Source: Mobula hypostoma
Taxonomy: Eukaryota
Length of the DNA: 64,000 nucleotides
Assembly: GCF_963921235.1 (NCBI RefSeq)
Contig: NC_086118.1
Coordinates: 23,314,001 to 23,378,000, forward strand
Direction: 5' to 3'
Position 1 is the first letter of the stretch. Every line of letters starts with the position of its first letter. The notes beneath the pieces were generated by a model. It saw only the letters and a list, made by a program, of their open reading frames with translations. It was not told where the DNA came from and searched no databases. Made by a program: the position numbers and the translations under genes. Positions 28,341 through 43,004 of this stretch are shown piece after piece.

Positions 28341-30869
28341 CAATGAAAACAATGTTAAGCTACACTTACTTAAAAAGCACTACATGGTGCAGCATGCCAA
28401 CCCAGTACCTGTTCAGACTGTTTGTCGGAAGCACACACATCTAGTTATAAAACAATTAATCCCTTAGTTTTGTTTGAATGTCACTGTTATAAATGTAAAT
28501 TGAGAGTTCAATCAGAACAGAATCTTTTGAAAACTTTTATGATGAGGTTAATTAAGTTCATTTGTAGAAAGTGAATTTGGACCTGGTTTCATCTGTTTTT
28601 GTTTTGTAGATTATAATTATGTATAGAAGTTCTGTATAAAATTTTCTGACTTTTGCATAGCTTTCTCTCGATGAAGTTAACATTAATATTTGTAAAATTA
28701 CCAATTTCAAATTGTTTGAATCTAAATGAGAAATGCGCCCATTCACCATTTTTTTTACTTGATTTCAGTACAGCTCTGCAACGTGACTAAGTTTGTGTAA
28801 ACTTGAGTGGTTTGCTCAGTGTATCAAGTTAATACTGGCCTAAGAGCTGTGATCGCAAACCATAAAATGCACTTGTTTAAAGTTGTATGTAATTAGGCCA
28901 CTGTGAGGCAAAGGACAATACATTCCCTTAGAACACGTTCAGCATGAAGAGCACTTACCACTGAGTGCAATTAAGTCTGAGGGCAATGAATTGTATAAAT
29001 AAAACACCTTCCCCTGTACATTAAAAGATTACTTTCTCTCCTGTATTCTTTGTGACCATTATCCCAACCGTCTCTACCTATGCACCATAAAAAAACAGTG
29101 GGTAGCATTAAAATCACATGGGAACCCCTTCCAGCCAATCCTGTTCCAACTCCTTAACTTGACACAATGCTTGGAGTGGCCTCTTCACAGCAGTGAAATT
29201 ACTTCTGCTGCACAAACTCCTTTCATCTTGTACTGAGAAGCAGTGGATTGCTTTCATTCTGAATTACAGAGACTAATTGTGAGGGGGACATAGGGAGAGG
29301 GGAGGGCTAAGGCTACGGTGGTGGCCTGGCACCTGCTGGCCACCACTGAATGGGACCACAACAGTTGGGAAAACATGGCTGAGCGAGATAGGAATCTCCT
29401 GCTGAAGACAGAAACAAAAGTGATTCAGTCTAACAGGAACTTCATGTCAAAGACTCATGTCGCAGGAAAGCCTCCAACACATGGTGTACCATGAATTATT
29501 GTTCATGACCATTCAAACAGCCCTCCTTGTCAAACCTCTTTCTGTGTATATCTCTTCTTTCTTATTAAGTTTGCTTTCCCCTATAGCTGAAGTCAGCTGT
29601 ATCGAAGGAAGTCAGTTGCTCTGCAGGTCTCAGGAAAAGCAATAAAACTGTTCTTGCTTTTGGGCCAAACAAAGGGAAGATTTTATGGTTTCTAAGTTGG
29701 ATATTGGGAACATTTTAACAATATTATTCACAAAACCATAGAGGAAGAGAAAGAAATACCAAGGCAAAAGGAAGCAGTCAGCACCAATTTACTGCCATCA
29801 ATTATTAACTCTTAATGTACCAGTGACTTGTTTGTTCATCAAGAGGCTGAGTCCCAGCACATATAACTCCTTTAATTTTACCTGAAAAAGTCAGCATTGA
29901 CTATAAAGTTGTAAAGTTGTTGACACCTTGAGGGCTTCTTCCCATGAAGATCCTTTGTTGATAAGGTGACTCTGGGAAGATTGAAATTCTCCCTGTAAAA
30001 TATTGCTGTTGAAGATTAAACCACCAGCAAGCCATGCAAATAATTAGTTCTCACTAAATTTGTAGCAGCAATAGTTCTCAAGCACTTAAAGGAATGTAAA
30101 TATATAAATCATTTGCTGTGCCGCCCCCCCCCCCAAGGAATGCAGTGAAGAGCATCGTAATCAGCTACAGATGGGAAAAAATAAATTCTGTCATTTTACT
30201 AATTTCGGTTGGTAGTATAATTATTTGTTTTATGACTTGTTTCCACATGTAATCATTACTAAGTACAAATTATTGTGGATGGAAAAGAGTGCAGTCCTTT
30301 TTCCTATTCCTTCATGACTTATTACAGTATATCATGCGTGCACTTCAAAATAACTTCTAACAAGTGGCAGCAGTTGTGTGTTATGTAAATTGCAACATTC
30401 TGCTTTAAATGGTTGCTTCTCCATGGCGATGCCAACCAAGCAATGGAATGGTTGTAGAGAATAATCGTAGTTATTCTTGTTGAAACAGCAGAACCTGAGT
30501 ATAAAACCTCCCTCCCACTGCAACATTTGTCCAGTCTCACTGGAGTTTAAACCCCCTCACAATTTTTGCAATGTTTCTACCACTTTCTGAGCAGGAGGTA
30601 CAATAGCCGAGACGTTCCAGGGTGTAACTGAATCAGTCTACATATGTGGAAGATTTTGCATGGGCCCAGTGATTTCCAAAACTCCAGTTTCATGTGGACA
30701 TTCTAATGCCTTGGATAACAAGCTTACAGGAAGTGAAGTGAGAAAAAAATGGAACAGCTGTTGCATTCTTATCAAGATGATTGGAACTACTATAAAAATC
30801 ATTCTATCTGATGTCATCCTTAAAACCAACACATATTGTTCATTACTGCTCATGTGTCAATGTTGACTT

Positions 30870-31080
30870 AAACATTTATTGAGGTACAGGTGAACCTTCG
30901 AGCCATGCTACCCAGCAACCCTGACTTAACCTTACCCTAACACACGGGACGACTTAAATAGACCAATTAACCTACCAACCAGTACATCTTTGGACTGTGA
31001 GAGGAAACCCACGCAGTTTTGGGGAGAACGTACAAACTCCTTACAAACGACTGGTACTGTAAAGCATTACTGTGCTCTGG
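30870..31080 (-). mobile_element. Elasmobranch SINE-like fragment
   Basis: TTTGGACTGTGAGAGGAAACCCACGCAG...GGGGAGAACGTACAAACTCCTTAC is a typical core of fish/shark tRNA-derived SINEs. Confidence 0.6.
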
Positions 31081-32859
31081 CACACGGACATGTACTTCCC
31101 AAATAATAGAGTGTGTTCCCAACCATTCATTGTGGAGTTTCTTGAATTAAAGAGAATTGTCTATTTGTTATACGGAATTCTCAGTTTAGCTAAGAGATTT
31201 AAACAGCTCCAAACCAGTATGAAGTGGAAAGTGTTGATGACTCTCAGCAGGGAAGAAAGCAATGGAAGGATTTCATCTATTCTAGGGATAGTTTCCAGTA
31301 GTCCCTTTAAAGAAAGTTGGCTTGACTGCTGTAGACTTAGTGCATGTTTATGATTCAAAAGAAATGCTGTCTTAAAATGGCATGGGAACACATTAGTATA
31401 TGCGAAGCACCTAATGCGTGTTTCAGTTGGATGCAAGTGAGGTATTTCAAATTAGTTGTATTACTAAGAAAAGCACTAAGCCAGAACGGTGTAGTGCTCC
31501 CACCCTACTTATGCTTTTGGTCATGTGCATTACATTAAAAGACAAGTGGATTAATCCTCTCACCTTCACTACTGACGTACGTTTTCAACCCTTTTTCCTG
31601 CAACCTGTTGTCAAAATAAAACAAGCTTAGCACAAGGAAGCCACAATTACTGAGACACAAGAGCCCTAAATAATTAACCCTGCAAAGCTGTACAATAATA
31701 ATGTCACAATTTTGATCACACAATAAAGCAGAGAAGGGTATGGCTGTTGAGGGTCAATTAAGACCGCGCAGGGTTACGTTTCCAACTGCGTGGCACCCAG
31801 TGTGTTCTTGGGCCATAACTGGAAACAGTAACCTGACACTTGCCACTCCCAACAGTTAGTCACAGTTAGCAAATAAGGATGGGAAATAAAAAGGCACCTC
31901 TTCAGGCGCAATATAGATTAGAGTCAGAATTGTACAATTCTGATTAATTGCTGAGCAATGTGGACTTTGTCTGATCTGACCAGATCTAAAAGGAACAGAT
32001 ATATGTCCATGAGGAAATACCTGCATGAGCAACTATAAAAGGTTCTGCTAAACTTTGTAATGTAAAACCAGTATTTGGTGCCAGAATGGTATCAAGTTCT
32101 GCTCTGATGAGCAGAATCGTAGCTGATCATACTGGTATGTTTCAATGTAAACTGCTAGCAGTGAGACTATGTCATATCGGACACAATGTGAATTATGATT
32201 GTGCAGTCTATATCATTGGCGAGAAGGTGGCAATTTGCATTTCTTTTATGTTCTGCTAACTTACCTGGGATGCTGTTAAAAGTGATGTAATACATAGCAG
32301 GAATAATTTTAAATACCAAATTGTTCAAATTAGTTTTCAATTTCAAGTTTTCACTTCAGTGGACTATTTGACACTCACTACACAACATTTGGTTCCATAA
32401 GGTTGTTATAGACAAAGACGGTTGGGGGGGGGGGTGTATAAGCTCCCACTATCTGCTTGAATGCTCCCAATGGCAATCATCTCACAGAGCCTTTGACAAC
32501 CAAGACCAGCTCCTAGCCATCATGAGTGGCTTAGTTACTAAGTCTGGCGGAGCTGTTTCTACTAACAGGAGAAGGGCAAAGCGTGTTACTGGCACCTTGA
32601 AACCAGTCACTTCGGGTAGATGAGGCTTTTAAGCAGTGGTTGTCAGCTCATCCAGAGTAAGGAAAACTGATTTCAAACCTCTGCTGCATTGCAATGATAC
32701 CACTCATGGAGAAGGCTTCGGGAGTAAACTCTGAGGCGAAAAATCTGGAGTTGGATTCTCGAAGGCAGTCCGGCATTGAGTCCTACACACTGGCAACTCC
32801 TGTATTGGTCCCTGCTGTTCCTCTGGATTCATCAGCTGTGTTGAGAGAGAGGGTTTTAA

Positions 32860-34305
32860 AAATTTATTCATTTACGAGATGTGGGCGGTGCCAGCGAAGC
32901 CAACATTTATTGCCCAACCCTAGTTGCCCTTGAATGCGGTGATGAACGGCCTTCTTGAAGCTCTGAGTCCCTGAGGTGTAGGTACACCCACAGTGCAGGT
33001 AGGAGGGAATACGACAGATGACACAATAGTCACTGCTCTACATACTGTCCTTACACATCTGTTGAAGAAGGATGCTTATGTGAGAATGCTGTACTTGGGC
33101 TACAGTTTGGTATTCAACACCATAGTTCCATCCAGGCTCGACAAGAAGCTCAGAGACCTTGGTCTTGACCCTGCCTTCCGCAGCTGGATCCTGGACTTCC
33201 TGTCAGATCGTAAGATGTAAGAGTGGTCTCCGTCACCTTCAACCCTCTGACTCTCAATACAGGAGCCCCTTAGGGCTGCGTACTAAGTCCCCTCCTTTAC
33301 TCCTTGTTTACCCATGACTGTATCACCACCCACAGCTCCAATCTGCTAATTAAATTTGCTGACAACACCATATTGATTGGCCTTGTCTCAAATAATAATG
33401 AGGTGGCCTACAGGGAAGAAGTCATCTCTCTGACACGATGGTGTCAAGAAAACAACCTCTCCCTCAATGTCGCAAAAACAATTGAGCTGGTTGTGGATTA
33501 CAGGAGGAATGGAGAACAGGCTAACCCGTATTGACATCAATGGATCTGGGGTTGAGAGGGTAAACAGCTTCAAGTTGCTTGGCATCCACATCACCGAGGA
33601 CCTCACGTGGTCTGTACACACCTGCTGAGGGGTGAAAAGGGCACCTCAGTGCCCCTTTCACATCAGACGGCTAAGGAAGTTTGGTATGGGGCCCCAAATC
33701 CTAAGAAATTTCTACAAGGGCACAACTGAGAGCATCCTGACTGGCTGCATCACTGCCTGGTATGGGAACTGTACTTCCCTTAATCGCGGGACTCTGCAGA
33801 GAGTGGTGCGGACAGCCCAGCGCATCTGTAGTTGTGAACTTCCCATGATTCAGGACATTTACAAGGACAGGTGTGTAAAAAGGGCCCGTAGGATCATTGG
33901 GGACCCAAGCCATCCCAACCACAATCTATTCCAGCTGCTACCATCCGGGAAGCAGTACTGCAGCATAAAAGCCAGGACCAACAGGCTCTGGGTTAGCTTC
34001 CTCCACCAGGCCATCAGAGTGATTAACTGATGCTGATTTGAGTGTACTCCATATTACATTGACTGCTCTATTTATTATGAATTATTATAAATTACAATGA
34101 TTGCACATTTAGATGGAGACGTAACATACAGATTTTTACTCCTCATGTATGCAAAGGATGTAAGAAATAAAGTCAATTCAATTCAGTTCCATGACTTTGA
34201 CCCAGCGACAATGAAGGAACGGCGATATGTTTCCAAGACAGGATGGTGAGTGACTTGGAGGGAGATTTCCAAGTGGTGGTGTTCCCAGGCATCTGCTGTT
34301 CTCAG
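32860..34305 (-). mobile_element. L2/CR1-group LINE 3' fragment (32860-33008 and 34186-34305) split by a Rex1-like insertion
   Basis: GATGTGGGC...CATTTATTGCCCA..CCTAGTTGCCCTTGA is continued by TTCCATGACTTTGACCCAGCGAC...GTGACTTGGAGGG after the insert. Confidence 0.6.
33009..34185 (+). mobile_element. Rex1/Babar-like LINE, 5'-truncated RT C-terminus with (TCAAT)n tail
   Basis: ORFs 32993..33220, 33304..33534 (LIKFADNT) and 33632..34030 (LRKFG..ILRNFYKGTTESILTGCITAWYGNC). The 3' end is AATAAAGTCAATTCAATTCA. Confidence 0.9.
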
Positions 34306-35463
34306 TTACATGGGTAACACTTTGCCCTCCCATTTGTACTGCCCTGACGTGGACAGCTGGGACACAGCATCCATGGTTAACCCGAACCAGCTGAGGACCT
34401 CAGTACAACATCTGTTGGAGAGCAAGTAGCATTATTGTCTCTGAAATATAGTGCTGGGGATGATATTATTCATTTTAGAAAAATATCCATTTCCATCATC
34501 TTGGAAACGGTATCAGTAACGTGTGAAAGTTTGCTGCATTATACACAAGGACAAGTCAAACATAATGGATTGAAGTTGACTAAGTGATAGCCTTTTTTTT
34601 GGTTAGAATGTTTGGAACGTGCTATAAATTAATTCAAATTCATGCAGTTATGTGGTGTGTTTGTGCTCTATATAGCATGATAACTTACTTTGGGAAACAA
34701 TGTGGCTTCCATGTGAAGCATATGACGGGGTTCCACACTGCATTCAAATGCACGATTGGGAGTGACTAGGTGGTGCTTTTTACCGATTTGAGTTTCAGCA
34801 AGTTTCAATCTCGTTTGATCCTTATAAGTGCAGCACTATCAACGTATCACTGGTATACCTGCTGGAAAACTTGCATGGTGCCATAAATGTAACTTTTTAT
34901 ATAAAAAAAAGTGTTAAAGAGCTTTGCTCTGACTGAAGCCGCAAACTGCTGTCACTTTGATATGTCCCTGTTATTTTACAGTGATAAGATAGGTCAGTAA
35001 CAGGTTACTACCACCTCTGGCAAACAGCCAAAGATAAATAGATAAATCAGATCACCTTTGAAAGTCAGTGCTAAGTGAGCATTTCTTAATCCACAAACAC
35101 AGTCTGTGGTTGCAGTAATGAATGGCCTGGACTATATTTTTTTCCATTTCCTGATTTTATACCATGCATCCGTGTGTTATTTGAATCTGTGAACATTCTT
35201 TTCGACCTTATCTTACATTTTTGTCAAGTTCATCACATTTTCTCCTTGTATATCTCCCTGCCACCTTGGATTCTTCTCTTGGGGAGGGGTTGGATAATGA
35301 GAGGAGAAGCTTGTGTACACAGCGGCTGCCTCTGTCAGAATGCTCTGCATAGCACAAGGTATGATTTTCTCATACACATGAGATCCAAAGTAGCTATGTC
35401 TGCCTCCATTCTATTTGGAAGGTTATGTAACTGCTGAACAGACCTGAGAACTACCATCTTGGG

Positions 35464-35815
35464 CATAGAAACATAGAAAACCTACAGCACAATACAGGCC
35501 CTTCAGCCCACAAAGCTGTGCCAAACACGTCCTTACCTTAGAAATTACTTAGGGTTATCCATAGCCCTCTATTTTTCTAAGCTCCATATACCTGTCCAGG
35601 AGTCTCTTAAAAGACCCTATCGTTTCTGCCTCCCCCACCGTCGCCGGCAGCCCGTTCCATGCACTCACCCCTCTCTGTGTAAAAAAGAACTTACCCCTGA
35701 CATCTTTTAAAACTGTGCCCTCTCGTGCTAGCCATTTCAGCCCTGGGAAAAAGCTTCTGACTATCCACGCAATCCATGCCTCTCATTACCTTGTATACCT
35801 CCATTAGGTCACCTG
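35464..35815 (-). mobile_element. CR1 LINE 3' end
   Basis: CATAGAAACATAGAAAACC tail repeat followed by typical CR1 3' sequence. Confidence 0.75.
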
Positions 35816-36087
35816 ATGAGGCAAGAGTGGGAAAACACTGCTGTGGCATTTAGCTTACTAACATCTCAACAGACTCAAGTCATACCACAAAACTTTGCAA
35901 GGCTCATCGCTATAGGAAAGTGAACTCCATTATAAATTCATCAGTTGTAGACTGTAACCGAGTCCTCTTAAAACCCTTGGAAACTTTCAGTTAATCTTGT
36001 GAACCAGAGAAAATGGCCTCCGATTAACGTTATTCGTTTGTGTCATTAAACAATCAAGCTCTTTTCGAAAACAATCTTCAGTAAACA

Positions 36088-36645
36088 CTAAACATGAGAA
36101 AGTCTGCTGATGCTGGAAATCCAAAGCAACACGCACAAAATGCTGGAGGACCTCAGCAGGTCAGGCAGCAACCATGGAAAGGAACAAGCAGTCTTCATTT
36201 CGGACCAAGACCCTTCGTCAGGGTTGAAAAAGAAGGGGGAAGACACTAGAATAAAAAATGGGGGAGGGGAAGGAGGGCATGCTAGAAGATGATAGGTGAA
36301 GCCAGCTAGTTGGGAAAGGTCAAGGACTGGAGAAGAAGGAACCTGATGGGGGAGGAGAGTGAAACATAGGAGGAAGGGAAGGAGGAGTGGACCCGGGGAA
36401 GGTGATAGGCAGCTGAGAAGAAGTAAAAAGTCAGACTGGGGAATAGGAGGGAGCGGATGGATTTTTACTAGAAGGGGAAATCTATATTAATTCCTTTGGG
36501 TTGGAGGGTACCCAGATGTTGCTGCTCCACACTGAGTTTGGCCTCATCTTGGCACAAGAGGAGGCCATGGACCAACATGTTGGAACAGCAATGTGAATTG
36601 GAATTAAAATGCTTGGCCTCTCGAAAATTCCGCATGTGGCGGGTA
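36088..36645 (-). mobile_element. Penelope-like element 3' fragment (terminal repeat, degenerate hammerhead 36189-36226, GIY-YIG C-terminus)
   Basis: Colinear with 51697-52400 and 55652-56200: terminal repeat, purine-rich tract, then AAGAGGAGGCCATGGACC...GAATTAAAATG. Confidence 0.85.
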
Positions 36646-36924
36646 GAGTTAATACTTTCTAGTTTCTACGATTTCCTCAAACACTTTCCAAAAATGTCAG
36701 TATATTATAAACGTAGCAGAGAGGAATCATTATTGGATCTTGTAAAATTAAGGAGATACAATTTACGTTATCCTTGTGCAGAAGTGTGGAAATCCCAGCA
36801 AAATGTGCTGAATCTTATTGGTGAAATACGGGACAACAGAATCGATTGCTTGGTGGCCAAGATGGGTGGGGGGGAGGTGGTGTTAATTTTTTTAGCCAGT
36901 ATATCTGTGGAATTCATTGCAGCA

Positions 36925-37100
36925 GATCCCTGTGGAGGCCAAGTCCTAGTGTATATTTAAAGCCAAGGTTGATAGGTTCTTGATTAGTAAGAGCATCAAT
37001 GGTTACAGGGAGAAGGCAGGAGAATGGGCTTAAGAGGGATAATAAATCGGCCATAATGGACTGTATGGGCTGAATGACCTAATTATTTTATGGTCTTATA
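36925..37100 (+). mobile_element. CR1 LINE 3' end
   Basis: TGTGGAGGCCAAGTC...GGTTGATAGGTTCTTGATTAG...GAAGGCAGGAGAATGGG; near-homologous to 46995-47170. Confidence 0.75.
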
Positions 37101-39644
37101 CACTGTTCACTGGATGAATTAGAATGGAAAGTTCAGAATATGATTATATTCATGTTTGTAGACTTCCTCGAAAGAAAGCAACTGTGTTAACAACATTTTT
37201 GCTTTGACGCTGCATGTTTTATTACTACTTTAATCATTAAAATGAAAAAAAATGCAGTTATTCCATGTTGGTGATATTGCTGTATCACTGCAGAAGTAAC
37301 ACTGTTCACAGTAGTTTAATCATTGATCCATGGTTACCATGCTAGTATTGATTAATTTTTAATGACCTGGAGCAAATTAAACCATTGATTTGAATCCTGC
37401 TCAGTTTTAACCTCTAGACTGGAGTATTGCAGTTTAAAAAAAATGTTTTTGAAGTTTACGGGTCTAACAAACTAGCCAAAACTTTCCGTTCTGCACATTA
37501 AAGCTATGTGCAGAGAAAGCTCTCGTCTTTTAGTCAGCCTATGTCAGTGGAATGAATGTTTGTTTGAGGTGGATGTTGATAACTCCCTTTTGATGTTGAG
37601 TTGATTTAGACACATCTTCAAAGCATTGGTGTATCTTTTTAAAATTCTGAATGGAGCATGACACTTATTAAGCATAGGATGAGGCCCTTTAACCTAACAA
37701 TTGTTGACAGAACCAGTTATACCATTCCAGGATAAAGGAGAGTGGTGAGGTCTGCAGTCCGCTTCCTGTGCTGGGTCTTTCAGCTTTGTCTACCAGAGCA
37801 GAAAAGTAAATGAAGAAACAAAAGCATTGAAAGCAGAACTGAAGTAACGTGAAAGAATATCTATTTGCCAACGAAACCTTTGAATGCCGGTTAATCATAT
37901 TGATGTAGTTCCCCTTTATATCTAGAGGGCAATCGGACTTCTTAGTCTTTTGTTGCCTTCAAACCATTGAATCACAAACAATCAAAATTACTGACTGTCC
38001 ACTTTTTTCTCATACGTTACACCATTTTTAACCTGTATAGTTACTGGTGTTCACTTCAGTTCTTTCAGAATGCCAAATCCATATGGCTGTAATGTTTAAA
38101 AATAATCCAATATATATTTACGGCGAGTTAAAATCTTTTAAAATTAGCACAGTAGTGGCCATTTGAGAACGTGGATCTAAACTTTTAAAGGTAGCAACAT
38201 AAAATGACTGAATGTTCTATTCTGAGCATACTTAGCCCCTCTGTGATGCTATACTGAGGGTTCCACAAATCTATTTTGTGGTTGATTATTGACTTATTGA
38301 GAAACAATGTACAACATGTACTCATTTTTTGGAATGTTCAGTACTTGGCAATGTTATACTGAAGCAATATGAATACAGGGCATTAAAACATGCTGCAAAT
38401 GGCATGTGAATAAATATTCCTGTATTTTTCTGTCTTGGTCAGTGCTGTAGTCAATGCTTTTTGTTATTCAGATAGTTAAAGTACCAATATCATGTATTAA
38501 TGTCATACCTCCATCAAGAAGCTCAGAGCCAGAAGGCTAAATTATTGTTACAAATTCTGTATTCAAGCTCACTGATAATTAACATGTCAGTTATTGAAAT
38601 GATGGGCTTTATGTACTATCACAAAGTCTTTGAAGTATTACAGTATATGGATAGGTATGACTAAAATTTAAGTTGGGTGACTTTGTACCTGAACTATATT
38701 TATAAGTTTATGCAAAAGTGAAATACTTTTGCATCAGTTAAGATTGCTTTATCACAGCCTGTGTACAAATGCTGAGAATTTATTCTATGATATGCTAGAG
38801 ATCAGAGAATTAGGTGGTATATTTGGGCAAGGCCCTTTCTTTAAATAATCTTGTTCAGGCAAGTCTTTAACATTAAAATTCTGCCTCAGATGTTCAAAAG
38901 TGCCTAATGTAAATTATAAACACAGTGAACTTGCAGGGTGACTGCAAAGCGTTAATGTCTTTAGTAAATCTCTTCTAATGCCTAAATCTGAATCTCAAAC
39001 AGCTCATCAGAGTATTTGAGTTTGGGAAAGATTAATGGATGGTCTTTTATGGGATAATGCCATGACCTGAGATAATCAGTAAATAAACAGAATAAGATTA
39101 TTTATAGTATTTAAGCATTAAGTACTTTTCAGAGTTTATAGCCAAAATATTTAGAACCTCTTATTCAAAGCACCATTTTCAGTCACTTTTGCTGAGAAGT
39201 TAGATTGTGTATTTTTTATTTCAGTGCCTTGTAATTGAAGATAAAATTTAGTTGGTGTGAAAAGTAGCTTTGATAATGATACAAGCATTTCCTAGTCACC
39301 TCAACACTCAGGAAATTCAAAGGGGCTCTTCCCAGAATTAGTCATGTTTGTGTGTCTGACACATATTAAATCCCATTGTTCCCCACACAATGTTCCTTTT
39401 GGAGAATTAATCAGCAGCATCCCATTGTTGATCATTCCCTGGATATCTAGAGCATCAGTGAACTGAGTTGCCATGAAGATCATTCTAAGCTTACTGCTTT
39501 TCTTTTGGTACTACTGCTTCCACTACCAATCTCCCTCTGACTGCCCAGCATAGCCCATGATTGAACCTGGCCTGAAATCACTTTGATGTGATGACCCAGA
39601 TCTCCAACAGCCTACTGCTTGGAGTGCGGGAGAATGAGCAGCGA

Positions 39645-39995
39645 ACATGGTGAAACGTGCAAAGGGGCAGGTTAGAGTAGATGGCGAAGTGTTTTCACTA
39701 GTAAAAGAATCTCGAATGAGGGAATTTTCAAGATAATGGGTTGGCTGTTTGAAACCTCGGTATGAAGAAATTTCTTCTTGGAGAGTATGTTGATTCTCTG
39801 TCCTAGAGAGCTGTGGAGAGTAGCTCATTAGAAGTGTTTAGTGTGGAGGTAGATGTGCTTTTGATCAGGGGGCTGCTGACTTTGATTATCTGGTACGTGA
39901 AAGGAGTTGAGGCCTGGAATAGATCATCCTTGGTTATATTCAACAATGAGGCAGACCAAGTGTGCAGCGGCTTGTTCCTGTTCTTATTTCCTTGA
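39645..39995 (+). mobile_element. CR1 LINE 3' end (older)
   Basis: Decayed GTGTTTTCACTAGT...AGCTGTGGAG...GAGGTAGAT CR1 3' region. Confidence 0.55.
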
Positions 39996-42900
39996 GTTAC
40001 TGATCAACATGAGACACTAATTGAGTTTCCAAATGTCAACCACCCCGCCACCTCACCACCCCAGTCTCTGACTGAGTTCTGGATGACACAGTTCCCACTG
40101 AAGTTCCCTGGAAGAAGTACAATTTCCATTTAGTTGTGACTGAAACCTTGGCCCTCAACAGCTACGGAGGTTTGGAGGATTGGACCGATGATCATAATGG
40201 TTGTCAACACATTGCACTATGACTATCTAGTACTCCTGTACCACCCTAGGACCGTTTCTCATTCTTTCTCCTTACTTTCATTAGCATGCACCATTAAAAT
40301 ACAGCATTAAATCTTCTGGTCCCCATCTCTGTGCTTACCATCAGCTACCATTGATAATCACAATTTATTAAACAAAACTCAAAGCAATAACTGGATATTT
40401 TCTAAAGCATTTTCTCTAGTAATTTAAACTGTGCACAATATCTGCTATCATTCCGATAAAATTACTGAATTAAGTGGACCTTATTTCAAAGGTTTGCTTA
40501 TTTTTATCTGCAGTTCATTGAAATAATAACCACAGAATATTCTATTAACTGATTCACTTTTTACACACGTTGTATTATCTTTTATAAGGGTGTATTAGAG
40601 ATTTCTTCTGTAAGAATTGTATTTGAAAAGCAGATTCTCTATCCATGATCACCTTGCCGTATCTGAGAGCCTAATGCATGTTGACTATTCTAATTCCTGT
40701 GAATGACTGCACTTCAAAAGTATTTCATTAACTTCAGTGTTTTGGGAAGTTTGTATGTTATGACAAGATCTATATAAAAGTGAGAGTTTCCTTTTTTTCA
40801 AATATACCAAAAGATCTGAGGACACAAAATATGATTGACGGGTGGAGAGATGACACAACTCCCACCACATCTTTCTAACTTTGTTCCTCGGAGTAAAACA
40901 ATTAGTGAAGCTCAACAGTTTCTTTTAACATTTACTTTAACATAGATGTTTCTTTATGCTGAAGAAGGCAATAAGTTCCTACCCACAACACACATGCGGA
41001 AGGTTTGCCAGATTCCCATTATGGCAGAGAATTTGTTACAGTTGAATATAAAAAATGCCGTCATTCACAAATCTTTTATCCTTCTGTGCATAATAGAGAA
41101 TGCTTCTCTGAGAAACAGTAACAGATTAGCATAGATTCGCTCTGTGCAACAAAAACTCCAGTAAAGGGATTTGGATTATGAAATGGCCAACTTCTATTGA
41201 TACTTTGTGACCATCTCATTTCCTTTCTCTGGTATGCAAGGACCCTGGGTTTGTTGCCCACTTTGTGTAGCACCTTGAGCCTTGCATTCTATTTCTCTAG
41301 AACTTTGGGTCTTAGTATGGAAAGGTTCCAAGTACAGTGATTAATACACAAAGTAGGTCAATCTGTTCTTGGGCTAAGGCAGGTCTTTACAAGTATTAGC
41401 AGAAAAGCTGCTGCCTCTTTCCAAAGGAATCTTCTTTAAGTTTGGGTTGGAATTATATCATCCAATGTGTCATTCTCAATTTTTTCCTTTTATTCATGGG
41501 ATTGAGTGAAGATTGCTGGCTAGGCTAGCTGTCAATCTAACCCTAAGTGACCTTGTCACCAATGGTAGTCATTGTATTTCACTTCTAATATTGACTTGGT
41601 GGAAGTAGAATTTAAGGAATAAAACAATATAGCATGCAGTTTTAAATCTAAAGACTGAAACTAATCTCAACTTTGAACTCTTGCTCTGTATAGTATAACT
41701 TTCCATTACTGTTTTGTTTATTCTACAATTATCCAATAAAATGTTATTCTGTTAGAATCAAAATAACTCGGCTGGACAGTATGTGTGTGAAATTTCAGAA
41801 AAGACAATTTTCAGAGAATATATTTCTAATAGTGACTTCAGGACCCTTTTTGAAAAGTCCATTGCTGAGAGGTATACCAGGGAATTTGAATGTTTTGTAT
41901 TGGGTGGGGAAAGGATCTATTGCAAGAAGAATAGACAGAACAATTTTGGTTTGAATTTTATTTTGTTGAATTACTGTAGTATTTATGAATTTTAATAACC
42001 AGATGGCATTAGTAAATATTTGTTTTGAGTACGTCAGGGGAGATTGGCTAAAGAAGCATCAGGTGTAGTTATTTTTAACATTAGATTTAACAAATAGTAT
42101 GAGTGATTTCTGGTTTTAGGATGTTATACATAACACCACCATTGTTATAAAATCCCCCATCTCTCTGTTCCGTCTCCAACTGAAAGTTGACCTTATTTAG
42201 TAATTATTCTTTGAGTTATTTTTTGTTCCATTTGGGGAAAAAAAAATCAGTACATACAACCACTGGGTCTTTAAAAATGTCTATTTACGGACTACACTGG
42301 ACAACAAATTTTTTTGAAGGTGTTGCTTCCTCAATTTTTTTTTTGCTTATGATAGACCATTTGAACATATATATAATTTCAGACTACTTGTATCACGCAG
42401 GAATTTGGAGAAAGAAGAAATTAACTTTTATTGAATAGAATACATTCAATTGCATAACAGTGCTTTGCAATAGTTCAACTGAGCCAAAGAAGTTTTGTTG
42501 ATAATTTTCATTTGTACTCAATGTCTGAGGCTTCTTGTTTGGGTGTCCAACAATAATCATCCAGTATTGATGGATCCCAGTTGTCCTGATACCATTTCTC
42601 CATGACTGCAATGTCCTTGACAGCGCCAAGATTTTCAGGGAGGAAGTCTAAAAATGAATCGTTACTGACATGTTACACTTCATAGTTTTGTAGGCTTGAA
42701 GCATGTTGTCAACCAACCACACGTAGTTGCCAAGAAAAATTTCAAGAACATCCTTGAATGCCTTCCATGCAATTTTCTGTATTCCCACTCAAAGTTCTTA
42801 GAATTACCTGTCATTGATGACCTGTTTGATTTGTGGACAAACAAAAATGCCTTCCTTAATCTTGGTATCAGTTATTCTGAGAAACATCTGTCTCCAAAAT

Positions 42901-43004
42901 CGCAATTCTTCAGGGAAATTTATAACCTTTCTAAAACCTGTCCTGCCATGAAGCATCTGCCCTGCCTAAGAATGGCCAGGTATGCCTGGACAAGATAGAA
43001 GACT